DNA of 63,543 nucleotides, filler included, from Globobulimina sp. (lineage: Eukaryota), in assembly GCA_003354225.1 (NCBI GenBank). It is 26 parts of 26 records of this genome, joined end to end, with 100 filler letters (N's around TTAATTAATTAA, not from the genome) between each part and the next. Parts side by side here need not be neighbours in the genome. Positions count along the whole stretch, not along the records: positions 24,491 to 26,838 come from PIVH01007235.1; positions 26,939 to 29,286 come from PIVH01007236.1; positions 29,387 to 31,734 come from PIVH01007237.1; positions 31,835 to 34,182 come from PIVH01007238.1; positions 34,283 to 36,630 come from PIVH01007239.1; positions 36,731 to 39,077 come from PIVH01007240.1; 20 more parts are not named here. One strand, written 5' to 3'. This document shows, in pieces, positions 24,940 to 37,010 of the stretch (position 1 is its first letter; the number at the start of each line of letters is the position of its first letter). The notes under the pieces are model-generated. The model was not told the origin of the DNA. It made no database searches and saw only the letters and a list, made by a program, of their open reading frames with translations. The position numbers and the translations under genes were made by a program.

Positions 24940-26274
24940 TTGCCATGGTGTTATCTCACTTTTTATTTACAAACACACTCTTTTTTAGATTGGTACCAAA
25001 AACGTTTCGCTCGAACACACCCGCTCTCGCGTGTTAGACCAAAGACAGCGGATTTTATTGTCGAAACAAACTCATTAGATAAATGTATAGGTACCAAAGT
25101 TCAATATATTTCCCATCTCCGGAACTGGGTGTTTTATTGTGTCACTTTAAAGATGAACCCCTTCCAGTTACCGACTTACCCCTCCTTAGCCCTATTTTGG
25201 ATCGCAGACAGAATCCAGCAAGTTAAGAATTGTAACTGTATCAGACAGGCACAATCAATGTTATTGTGGCTGCATCAGGTGGCTGATATTGATCCTACCT
25301 TCAACACTGACAATGAATATCTCCGTTTCAAATTAGCAGCCTTGAAACGCTTTGACACACCATCGGACTCCCGATTACCACTACAATTACACCATTTAAT
25401 TCGCTATACTCTATCCTTAAATTGTGTCATCAATCACTATCAAACCATACCATTAGATTCCTTGTTGAAGGCCTTGATCATTCAGTTATATTTCTTCACA
25501 ATGTCCCGACCCTGTGAGCTTTTATTGTCAACCCACTCAGCCACAAAAAAGGGAATCAAATTCAAACACCTCACATTCTTTAAACCAAATCCTGACGTTC
25601 CTTCCACACACTTCGTCCGTATCCAAGTGGTGTCACATAAATCAATGAAATCATTGAACGACTCCAAACTCCTTTATGTGGGACATTCCTATTGTTCCCA
25701 AGCATTGCGACATAACATTTCCTGTCCTTGCAAACTGTTAAATCCCTTACGTCTCCTCAATGTCTATTTGCGTAGACGACAAGCGTTAGTTTCCATTCTT
25801 CCTCCGGGGAAAAGGAAAACTTCACTTCGGTTATCTTCAGAAAACAATGTCTTTGTCTGGTCCAGTGGCAAAATCGTGGCCAGTTCTTTCCTTTCCAAAA
25901 TCATCAAAGAAGTCGTAGCTGTAAACTCCCGCTATATTCTTGAACCAAAACGTTATGCAGCATATAGTTCAAGGATTGGTGGTACCACCAGAGCTTCGCA
26001 AGTCGGCATCGCTCATGGCCTCATTTTAAAATATGTGGGATGGAGTGACTCTAAATTGCCCGATATTAGTATGCGTTACATCCGTCCAGATGCGATTTGT
26101 TTAAGCCATATGGTACGTAATATTATTCACGGTCCACCAAGGAACACTCCTGAGACAACCAACCGACTCTTCTTACAGACCCACGTTGTCTTCGACCCTT
26201 GGGCAAAAATGGAGGATCGCAAATTTTGTTTTCAAAAACTACAAAATAAAAAATTGAAAAATAGAAATAGATAA
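24940..26274 (+). mobile_element. Tyrosine recombinase of a DIRS/Ngaro/Crypton-type element
   Basis: FFTMSRPCELL (R), SHKS (K), YAAYSSRIGGTT (HxxR position, H replaced by Y), YVGW and MRYIR (catalytic Y); no N-terminal ATG. Confidence 0.8.
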
Positions 26275-27648
26275 CCAATCAACATCCAGTGCAGTCATCT
26301 TACTACCAATCAATGGTTTGCCTTTCAAAAATTTCTTCACATTCTAGGCACCATTGAAATTTTTCTCACGTTACACGCGGGCAAATGGGAATTAAGAAAT
26401 AGATTCTATTTCCTTAGAATACTATTTCCCTATTTTATGTTGTTAATATTATCTCTTAATAATATTAACTTTTTCCCGTTTGTTTATTTAGCTGTAATTG
26501 ACCCAATAATATTATTAAATTAAATTTACTTTCTTTTATATGTACTTGCTGCACTTGTTACTGTTCTAATTATAACATATAAACTTAATCATAATTCGTG
26601 AATTGTTAGACTGATTATAATTGTTGTGTGCTAAATAAAGTTTAATCCAAATAAATTCCACAAAAGGATCATTGAATTTGTACTGTGTTTTTTGATAACG
26701 GGAATGGATTAATTACAGAAAACGTTGTTGATGTACCGTTATTATGTGTAGTATTGGGTTAATTGGAAACAAGTACAGAGAATGGATTTTCGCAAATCAA
26801 AAACATTCAAACAGAGAAATAGTGGCAAACCCAAAAGANNNNNNNNNNNNNNNNNNNNNNNNNNNNNNNNNNNNNNNNNNNNTTAATTAATTAANNNNNN
26901 NNNNNNNNNNNNNNNNNNNNNNNNNNNNNNNNNNNNNNTAATATATTTCGATTCAGTTTATTCAGTTTTTCTACTTGACTCCTTATAGTTTAATATGGAC
27001 ACTTTCAGCAGCTCTTATCCTGGGATTACAATTCCAAACAATTACAGAACTGCAGTAACCAGCTCCAACACAAAAAGTTGCGCATTACTAGTATTAACAA
27101 AAGAACTTACTGTTGGAATAAAGGTGAAATGCACTGATCCATGTTATATGCCTGTGGATGAATTTAATATATGATGGGAAAAAAAAGCAACAGTATTACA
27201 GAAAGAGCAAAAGACACAGAAACAGAAACCACACCAACAAAGGAACCACAACAACAACAATAACAACAGAAAGGAGAGAAGAAGGCGTTTCCACCGCCAC
27301 TGCCACGCCAACAGCAAAGCAACGACAACGTACACAACAAAACAGAACACAAACCATAACCATACCAAAAGCAAAAGCAACACCAATTACAATTAACATT
27401 ATTGCAAACTAAAATTATTAATTACGTATTGCAACCAGCGACACAACAGCTACATATCATAATTACTCTGATCTATATTTGTAATCTAATCTATTCTATT
27501 TCTATTATTAGCCTTTAATTTAATTTAATTTAATTTAATAGTTCTATCGAATCGAATCGATCTGATCATCATTCCTAGCCTCAATACAGCACATTTACAT
27601 TATTTACAGTTTATTTATTAATTAATAAATATTAAATTAAATAATATA

Positions 27649-28337
27649 ATGCAGTACATTAAAAATAAAGTCGTTGCAATTTTGAAGCTTGTGCGAATTG
27701 AGAATCACATAAATTTTATTCTAACAATAATCGGAATGTTACACACACAAAGTGTTGAGTCACAAATTAATATTGACATTGTTAGCAGAATATTTTGGAT
27801 ATATTTAACATTCCAGACTTTTTACACAATCATCTATACTATCAACGGCATTGCTGATCTGATCAAGACATTGATGCCAAAGATCCAAATAAAAAGCACA
27901 GGCCTTTTGCTTCCAAAACCTTATCATTTCCCGAAGGATGTTGTATTATCTGTATTTTATTTATGTCGACATTTATTTTATTAAACAAACTATTTACTGA
28001 GAAAGCAGCAACTTTAAGTTTATTGTTTGCAGTGTTTTTCATCATCAACGTATTTTACAGCACAATTGTCAAGAAAAACAAATCATTGTCGTGGCTAAGA
28101 CCTTTTATTGGTGTTACTGGCGCATTGAGATACAATCTCGGCATCCTATGCGAGAGCAATGATTTACATCGATTTTATTCCTCAAATTACAAAGTTGTAT
28201 TCGTGCTTTCAATGACTATTTTTGCCGCAAACTCATCCGGCCAATGTGTTAAATTTTTATTTGAATTTAAGGCTCAAACTCAAACTCCAGCTCAGCTTAT
28301 ACTCATTATGGCAAAACATTCATTTTTACACAGATAA
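27649..28337 (+). pseudogene. UbiA-family prenyltransferase with a frameshift at ~27860
   Basis: LKLVRIENH; YTINGIAD, then in the shifted frame DQDIDAKDPNKKHRPFAS (UbiA Asp-rich motif); TM helices follow. Confidence 0.65.
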
Positions 28338-28497
28338 TGGTGTGGAGCTTGATTATTTTTGCTGATAATGCAATAATGAAAGGTGTAACAATTTTTTTTG
28401 CTGTCGCTAATTTGTGGGTAAACAATTTAATCTTCATTCTGCCAAAAAGAATTTTCGGGGTTAATCACGTTAAAATCAAAACAATTTAATTCAAGAA

Positions 28498-29286
28498 TTG
28501 AGAAATGAAGAAAATGTAAATTATGCCTATTTGACATGGAAAATTGTTACAGACAATGGAAATTTTGTACAATTGATATTATTTTTTCTTCTAAACGTTT
28601 GGGCAAAGTTAAATTTGGTTTTGATACAAATCGAGAAATTCTGCATTGAAACGTTTTCACGATATAATATTTATAATGTTTTCAAAAGATATAACATTTC
28701 TATATTATGCATTGGAGGTCGACGTAACATTCCTGGTCATCAAAGATGGGGGAAATCAACAACAAATTTATTGCAAAATATAGGAGAAAATCAATTCAAA
28801 ACATTGTTACATTTGATTTTCTTGATTTGCTGTGTACATCGCATACATTATTTGGCGCGGTTACATTTTTAGACTATTATTTATTTAATGGATTAGTAAA
28901 AAAACTGGTAAATGCATATGGATTGGAAGAGGATATGTTTTTAATTTATTTGAATAAAGGTTTATTTATGAATTTTGTACTTTACAGTGATAAAATGACA
29001 AAGAATATTGATATTTTTTGCAACAACTTGAACTTGAAGGACGATGGCAATGATTTAAACTTTTTGGTTGATATGTTTAATCATGTTTTATTTAGAAAAA
29101 ATATCGTGAATCAAAATGGAACACAAGTGCAATATTTATTGATCAAACCACTGTCTCTCAGCCGTTTTTTTCCTCAAGCACAGAAAGTATGGAATGAACA
29201 GAAAGGATATCGAATTCCAACCAAATTTATTATTTGTTATCCAACTGCAACATCATTAACAGCAGTTCCATCCTGGTTTGATATCG
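28498..29286 (+). CDS. Hypothetical protein in two overlapping ORFs (probable frameshift at the G-run ~28750)
   Basis: Overlapping ORFs 28498..28872 and 28746..contig end; no family recognised. Confidence 0.3.
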
Positions 29287-29938
29287 NNNNNNNNNNNNNN
29301 NNNNNNNNNNNNNNNNNNNNNNNNNNNNNNTTAATTAATTAANNNNNNNNNNNNNNNNNNNNNNNNNNNNNNNNNNNNNNNNNNNNATATTTGTTTGACG
29401 CTAGTAATGAAATCTTGCCACCTTTGGATAGAACATCTACTCCGTTCTTGTCGGATGACGCGGATAATGAATGTACTGATTTTGCAGAAACATAATGACA
29501 CGATAATGATGTATGGCAAACATTTATTTTATCTGCACGATGATGAGAGTCTAACGGATATATTGTTGACGTGAATTATAAATGTAATAAACGAGATGCA
29601 TTATAATCGAGTAGTATATGCATATGCGATCAATCCGTTATTACAAATTTATAATAAACCCAATAGCGAAACGTTCCTGACCGTGATCGATGCGGATGAC
29701 TGAATTGTTGCTGTTTGATGCATGCAAATGATGTGCCTTGACTTAGTGACTCATCACTCATCCCGTTTGTGATTGTTTGTGATTGTTTCTGATGTTTTAC
29801 TTGAGACTTAGTGGAAAACTGGAAAACTAGAAGACATCCTACCAACAAAGTAGTCGACTGACACCACCAGAGAAGTCTCCACTCTCCACAGCCGAATATA
29901 TTTCCCTTATTTAGCAGTTTTAAAGTATTCAATCTGCC

Positions 29939-30808
29939 ATGTGTTGGAGTTGGGAAGTGTCATTAGCATTTTTTTTATTTGATATTTTATGTGCAATATA
30001 TTTGTTTCATAGAAACATGTACATTGACCGATATATGCTTTTGTTGGTAATACCGATTGTAATTCAAGAGTTTTGCCAATTTGTTGTATGGAAATATGGA
30101 ATTGATTCCAATGAAACTGAACCAGAATCAAATTGCAATAACATAAATAAAATAAGTTTTTTCATTATTTGTCTCATTGTTGGGACAATTCCCGTATCTG
30201 TTTCATACATATCGTACGCAACAATTTTAAGCAATAACAATAAAAAATGGATCAAAAACATTATTTTTAAATATTTGTTTGTTTTCGAAAGTATTTTGTA
30301 TTTTGTGTTTAAGATTTTAATATCATTTTGGTTGTACAAGCCCGAAAAACGGAAACCATGCATATTTATTGGCAAACATGGCCATCAAATTTGGTCTTAT
30401 CCAACCTTTGTATTGCTGAATGATGATTTATTTGGAGCTATTTGTGCCGCCTGGTATTTGGCGCCATTGTTCGCATTAATTCTATATAAACCTCTGTGGC
30501 TTTTATTGGTACCGAGTTTTTGTGCGTTAACACTATATTTCTCATTACATTTGTTTTTTGGGCCCGAAGCAGATTCGATTTGGTGCTGGATCGGCGTGAC
30601 CACTATTATTTGGAGCCTTTGTTATGTTCATATTGCAAAATGTATTATTAACAACAGATTATTTGGAAGATATAATTTAATATCCTCGACGCAACGACAT
30701 ATGATGGAATATAAAGTAATATCACGATCAGCACAATTGCAACAGGAACAGGATGTTATTAATAATTATAATCAAACTTCAGAAGAGATAGAATTAATTT
30801 CAAATTAA
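29939..30808 (+). CDS. Multi-pass membrane protein of the MCW/FS...SxWC family (DUF5765/DUF6629-like)
   Basis: N-terminal MCWSWEVS, QEFCQFVVW, luminal CNNINK, GKHGHQIW and ADSIWCW; about 7 hydrophobic helices; no introns. Confidence 0.6.
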   Translation: MCWSWEVSLAFFLFDILCAIYLFHRNMYIDRYMLLLVIPIVIQEFCQFVVWKYGIDSNETEPESNCNNINKISFFIICLIVGTIPVSVSYISYATILSNNNKKWIKNIIFKYLFVFESILYFVFKILISFWLYKPEKRKPCIFIGKHGHQIWSYPTFVLLNDDLFGAICAAWYLAPLFALILYKPLWLLLVPSFCALTLYFSLHLFFGPEADSIWCWIGVTTIIWSLCYVHIAKCIINNRLFGRYNLISSTQRHMMEYKVISRSAQLQQEQDVINNYNQTSEEIELISN

Positions 30809-31943
30809 ATCAATTGATAAGTTTTATTTGTATATAATTATCATGCGAAATATCCGAATATTTTATTTTTTTATCTTTTATGCACAGTTTGTTCTGTAAA
30901 TAAATGTACAGCTTGTTTCATTATTTTATTTAGTATGATGTTAATTAATATAAAAAAATATTAATATAAAAAGTTGTACTCAGTACTACTTTTTCCATAA
31001 TCCACGGACAAAAGATTTATTTAAGCTGTTTTGTAATCTTTGATAATGGCAATAATGCATCAAAACTCATCGTTCAGGTATATAGTAGTTATATTATAGT
31101 ATATTAAACAACAAAAGAAAGTGTGGGATCGAAGGCCTCAGATTTTAAACGAAAAACATGTACAACTTTGTCGTTTAACATCCGAGATCGTATACATCCA
31201 ACATTGAAGAGATCGATCTGTTCATCGATGATATACAAATGATAACATAATAATAATAATAATAATACAAAATAATACAACACAGAAAACAAAAAAAAAT
31301 ATTTTATCAAATTCATCGTAATATCTGCCAATTGCAAATGCATTCATTTTCGTATTTTTAGATCGATATCATCTAAAACGTATATGCCATTATATAATTA
31401 ATACAGTTTAAAACACAATTTATATAAAATTCAAAAAGCAAAAAAAAACTAACATTAAATATAATTAATCCAACTTAAATACCTGAATCTGTCCACATCA
31501 ATGCGTTTATTTTAATGTTCCGAGATAGTGCACAGATTCACGTATTTAAGTTATACATTTAATATTTAGTAACTCGCTAAGTAAGTATAGCAAAAAAATA
31601 TACACTCAAACAAAAAACAACAAAAAAACATATTAAAAACACACTACATAATAAAAAAAATCACGCAAAAAAAAAAAGAACAAACAATGCATAGCTAACT
31701 TTATTTATTGCATCGTTTCAATATCAAATCCATCNNNNNNNNNNNNNNNNNNNNNNNNNNNNNNNNNNNNNNNNNNNNTTAATTAATTAANNNNNNNNNN
31801 NNNNNNNNNNNNNNNNNNNNNNNNNNNNNNNNNNATCGGACTTTGCATATTTTATCTTCAAACGCATCGAAAATAAAAACAAAGCTGCCATCGAAAGAAC
31901 GTTTAATTAAAAGCTGCCATCGAAAGAACGTTTGTAATTTGCA

Positions 31944-32270
31944 TTGAACTATTCATCGCCAAATGGCTTTGTCTTCCGACACTATGACAATATTAAAAGG
32001 CAATGGGTCGTATTGTATTCTATTGGGTGCACTGTCATGTTTTATGCAAATAAATTAAAACTGCCATCGACAAATGGTGTGCAATTTGATTTTAATTCTG
32101 GTGATATTGTGGTATTTAACTCGACCACAATAGAACATGGCGTTGATGCTGTCGTCGCGGATTCGTGTCCCAAGGAACTAGCAAATATTGATGAGAAATG
32201 CTCCAAATTGCGGCATGTCAGAATATCCGTGCAAACACGATGCAACATCGCAAAAAAGAAAAGCGATTAA
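31944..32270 (+). CDS. AlkB-like 2OG-Fe(II) dioxygenase, C-terminal part
   Basis: LNY...RHYD (HxD), YSIGCT, SGDIVVFN, EHGV (distal His) and RISVQTR (RxSxxxR). Confidence 0.75.
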   Translation: MNYSSPNGFVFRHYDNIKRQWVVLYSIGCTVMFYANKLKLPSTNGVQFDFNSGDIVVFNSTTIEHGVDAVVADSCPKELANIDEKCSKLRHVRISVQTRCNIAKKKSD

Positions 32271-32533
32271 CTCTCATTTTGAACAACTCTGTCTTCATTT
32301 ATATAAATATTTATATAGAGCTTGATATTAACGATCAAGTTCATAGATATATGATGTAATGAGATGAGACCAAACAAAGTTGTTCTTTTTTTTTCTTTTT
32401 TGAATTAATAATTATCATAACTTTCTCAACAATGATTTGGTGCAATGTTCTACAAAACAAGAATATAAAATTCTAATTGAATGCAGAAACATAATAATTA
32501 ACTCACAAAAGAAAATAGAACAATTAAAATTCT

Positions 32534-33941
32534 TCATTTCATCATTCCAGGAAAATAAACTGAAAATGTCAACTTATCATAGCCAGCTTTTACACTCATC
32601 CCATTTTGTCCATTCTTGCCCAAATCCACATATTTATCCCCTCTTGGCCGGAATTCTAATATTTTTGCATTTTCATTGGTTTTCTTAAATTGAACCTTAG
32701 CGTCGCATTGAAACAATGTAAACTCAGTCAACTCGAATTTAACACTGCAACCCGGACATTTTATCCTCCCTTCCAATGATTCTTTAAATGGATTCATATC
32801 GACACCAAAGCCTCGATGCATTATAACCGGCTCCAGAAATGCTTTACATTCGCCATTCAAACATTTTCCAACATAATTCAATCCAAAAGACACCGCATAA
32901 AAATGAAATTTACTCTCTTTATTGCTGCTGACCGTGCCCGTATATGCTGTCTCGACATCGGGCGCCTCAAACGATGGGCCGCCGCCTCGTAATCGGAGCA
33001 CTAAATGCAATGTGCTCTCTCTCTCAATGCCATATTTCCAGATTGCACGCCCATCTTCGAGTTGCCACCCGGAAAAAATTAGTCTTTGTTGTTCAGGAGG
33101 AATTCTATTTAATTATATAATTATTTTAATATTAATGTTATATTTATATTTATTTCATAGTTCATACCCTTCTTTTTCTTGAATTTTAGCTTTAAGGCTT
33201 TGGACTGTTTCGTATGCATTCACATTCAAAGTAAGTGTCTTTCCCGTCAATGTCTTTACGAATCTGTGTAGTTTTCGTGCATATATTTGTTTTTTATATT
33301 AATTTCAAACAAACTGAAAAGCATACATTTGTCCCTTCCACTCTTTGGCTTTAAAATATTGCGCATAAATTATATCTCCATCTTTTACTCCATTTGTACC
33401 CAAAGTGCCTTTTTCAAATATTTTGCCATTTTTAAAGGTTAATATTGATGCTAAATCGGTTTGAAATGCAATTTTAGAAAAAATATATTGTTGTTGAGAA
33501 TCTTTGTTCACTGTTAAATTGATGTCTTTTTTGAGACAGTCCGAGGTTGATTTGATAATTATATTAATTTGATTTTGTTGTTGCGCCTCGTTATTGTTTC
33601 TTAATGCAATCACTAAATGCAATGTCGATTCAGGTTTAATGTTATAACTACTTAAAATATCATCATTTTTTAATGGTCTTCCAGCAAAAATTAATCTTTG
33701 TTGAGCAACAGGAATCAGGTCATTTTTCTCGATTTTTTTCTTGACATCTTCGACTGTGTCGGTTCCATTCACTTCGACGGCTAATGTCTTTCCTGTCAAT
33801 GTCTTGACGAATCTGTGTCATTAATATTTAGGTATGTGATACTATACGAATCTTATATAGGTAGAGGGACATAACATACATTTTTCCTGTCCAATCATTT
33901 TTATTTTCATCCTGTTCATTTTGTTCATTTATATGTGCCAT
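32534..33941 (-). CDS. Multi-ubiquitin-domain fusion protein with a C-terminal Cys-rich putative Zn-binding domain; introns 33813..33879, 33264..33326 and 33105..33167
   Basis: Two spliced [10 protein letters not shown] ubiquitin starts, QQRLIFAG and QQRLIFSG, last copy ending [10 protein letters not shown]; then [13 protein letters not shown]...KCPGC. Confidence 0.85.
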
Positions 33942-33990
33942 GAATGTGGTGTTTTTTTTTAGAAAATGTTTTTTTATGGATAAAAAACTT

Positions 33991-34182
33991 ATGGCTGCTC
34001 CAAAAAAGAAACAGAAACAACTTGCATTTAATATTCAAATTCCGATGGAACAAACAGAGGCATATATCTATGTAGGAAGTGCTGACCATGCGATGCAATT
34101 TTATCCACCAAAGAGTGCTAAAAAGAATATTGGTTTAATTGTGAATGTTGCAAAGAAATTTGGGAAACCTGTCATTGACAAT
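33991..34182 (+). CDS. N-terminal fragment of a possible dual-specificity phosphatase
   Basis: YIYVGSADHA...NIGLIVNVA resembles the N-terminal part of the DSP domain; truncated. Confidence 0.45.
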
Positions 34183-34282
34183 NNNNNNNNNNNNNNNNNN
34201 NNNNNNNNNNNNNNNNNNNNNNNNNNTTAATTAATTAANNNNNNNNNNNNNNNNNNNNNNNNNNNNNNNNNNNNNNNNNNNN

Positions 34283-34905
34283 TAAAATATTTATTAATTT
34301 CATATATGATCTTATCATCATTCCATTCGACGGATGCAATTGCCACCAATCCCTTTGATATGGATGAAATTAAAGTATATCAAAACCATAATGATATTTT
34401 CATTATGAATAATTTATTGAATGCATTTGAATGCGATGATATCTCTAAATTCAACACATTGTTACAACATCATTTATGTGCTGAGACTGACCCGTTTATT
34501 GTCAAATATTTAGCCTTTGTTCAATGTCGATTGCAAGGAAAGGCCTTAATAAATTTAGTTGGTTCGTACGATCGAGTAAAATTAGAATGGCTATGTGGCA
34601 GATTGGGAATGAATGTAAACGGCTTAGAACAGTTAATTGTGAAATTAATAATTGATTGCGAATTGAATGCGAGGTTGGATCAGGTCGGTAATATATTGAT
34701 ATTGAAAGAGAAAGAAAATAAACAAAATGCAATGTTTAATTCAATGACCAGTTGGTTGCAAACACTCAATGATTTGAGAAATACAATTAATGGACGTTCG
34801 ACACAAAAAGCAGCAATGCGATCATTTGGTGGAATGGATTATTTCGGTGAAGATGTCGGTGATGATGTTTATTTGATGGATTCTGCATTTTTAGCATGGG
34901 ATTAA
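34283..34905 (+). CDS. CSN2: COP9 signalosome subunit 2-like, C-terminal PCI domain (5'-partial)
   Basis: NPFDMDEIKVYQN, DPFIVKY, SYDRVKL and LIIDCELNARLDQV. Confidence 0.75.
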
Positions 34906-35046
34906 ATATTTTTGACATCGTTTTTTGTGCTGGTGAATACTTCTGTTTTTTTTTTGAACATTATTGCAATTCCGCACATACACTTAATTCGTTACCGCCC
35001 CTTTCTTCCATAATACAATGTTGGAAAAACCTCTGCTCAGTGCTCA

Positions 35047-35938
35047 ATGACTGAACCAACAAGTGATGGTGCCGGCGATGTCTGCAATGACACCGAATTC
35101 GAACATTTATCTGCCAAACATTTACTAAAAGGCTCACAAACCAACTATTACACTGAATTAAATGATTACCCATCAGTTGCAACTCGTACTGACGATGAAA
35201 GCAAAGAAACTGTCAGATCTGGGTTGGAGACATCCGCAATATCTGAGTTGGAAACAAAATCCAGCGTTAAAAGGTCCTCAATTGTATCAGCATTCTTTTT
35301 TCAAGCCAAAGCAACCATGTTTAGGTGAGTTCTATACAGCAAATTCATGTTTTTCTCGTAAATGCATACCACAAACCACAACTGTTTAGTTCAGGAATCA
35401 ATATTTGTAACGCAAACATTGGCGCAGGTGTGTTAATATAGACCTGTTTAACATATTCCTTTGTTAATTTTTACTTTTATATTAATAACGAATATAAGGC
35501 ATCTTAGGATTGCCATTTGCAGTGCGTGATTCTGGCTGGTTAATGGGTATAATATTATTTATAATATTTGCATTTCTGGCCGGTCCTTGGAAAGAATCCA
35601 TGGCCTCGTTGTTATTTGGTGTGGATAAGGAAAGGAAAGATGCAACAAAGTTAGTGTGGTATAAATATTATGCTTTGGTTGCAATATTAATATTTTCTTC
35701 ATTGACTATCGCGATGTTGACTGATGATTTAGGAGTTATACTTAAATTATTTGGTGCGACTGCTGGCGCTTTCCTACAGATGATTGTTCCGGGGGCAATA
35801 TATTATTATTATTATAAACTGCATGTAGCCGCAATGGTAGATAATCCGATGCATGATTTGAAATGGAAGGGAGCGATATGTTTGATTGTATTTGGATGTA
35901 TCATGATGCCGTTTGGAACCGCACTTGTTTTCATCTGA
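35047..35938 (+). pseudogene. SLC38/Avt-type amino-acid transporter lacking its central helices; two introns near the 5' end
   Basis: Spliced NICNANIGAG|ILGLPFAVRDSGW (TM1-2) runs directly into PWKES...DDLGVILKLFGATAG (last TM helices). Confidence 0.6.
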
Positions 35939-36124
35939 TTAACATCTAACATGTGTTATATTGTATATATTTATAATGCCAAAAACAATTCCCATAATCC
36001 CATATTACAATGCATTATTATTAACTCATAAGTGATTGATATTTATATACGGCATTTTGCAAAGTTGTGTTAGTTTAAAACTTTGTTCTAGATTTTTGAT
36101 TGTATAGAAGGCCGCGACTCAAAC

Positions 36125-36630
36125 ATGCACAATTTTTTTGGTGGCCTAGGCCTACACAGTGATCATAGCATGGGTAATTTAACTGCTGCAGCTCTTTATA
36201 AATTAGACAAACATGAATCATGTTCCATTAACAACCTAGCCCGATTATGTAAATCAATACGAAAAAAATCATTGACTGATATTGAACTATTTGAAGGTGG
36301 ATCCGAGGCATTTCGTATCAAGAAGCAAAGTATCGATATCAATCTAGAAATTACAAATAGACTACAGACAGACCACACAAATGAGGATGAAATCCATCGC
36401 ATATTGTTAGTCTCGACCAAATCCAGTGGTAAGTCTACTTTGCTACGACAGCTAACTAAGATGCATAGCGGTAAATGTCCAGAAACGCCTGAAAATATCA
36501 CAACATTAATACGAAAACAATGCATTGCGAACGCCATAAATATCTGCAAAATGGTTGGTGATCATAATATGGTGCAAGAATTAATATTTTTATCCATTTT
36601 GAAACAGAATGATTTAGCAAAAATCGCACA
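36125..36630 (+). CDS. Divergent heterotrimeric G-protein alpha-like subunit, 3'-partial
   Basis: N-terminal helix (SIDINLEITNRL), then HRILLVSTKSSGKSTLLRQLTKMH, versus canonical KLLLLGAGESGKSTIxKQM. Confidence 0.6.
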
Positions 36631-37010
36631 NNNNNNNNNNNNNNNNNNNNNNNNNNNNNNNNNNNNNNNNNNNNTTAATTAATTAANNNNNNNNNNNNNN
36701 NNNNNNNNNNNNNNNNNNNNNNNNNNNNNNTAACTTTTTTACGTTTTAAATAAGTTTTGCACGCCACCACTCTCTGGCACTTTGCATCAAATTCCAATAC
36801 AAGGTCACTGCCCTATTCTTGCCATATCTTATCTTATTTTGCTTTCTTGCGTCTCTTTGTACATTCCGTATAATAATCGACATAAAATCATACAAAGATA
36901 CAACACAAAGTAGCTCCTTTAATTTCATTTGCGTGCACTGCCTTTCATCAACGGCGCTGACAAAGTTTTCAAAGTGTTTCTAGTTTGCAAGTTATATACG
37001 GTTTGACAGT

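Noticed and set aside
22145-26274. RT next to a tyrosine recombinase as a single RT-integrase system (DIRS, retron or DGR-like)
   Set aside because: They lie on different contigs separated by a linker, and the RT is Penelope-type, not DIRS or bacterial
27144-27570. Overlapping short ORFs and simple repeats (aca, ttaat, atcga)
   Set aside because: Low-complexity sequence producing spurious ORFs
31880-31933. 24-bp tandem duplication aaagctgccatcgaaagaacgttt upstream of the 2OG-Fe(II) ORF
   Set aside because: Two copies near a contig end; probably a local duplication or assembly artefact with no evident function
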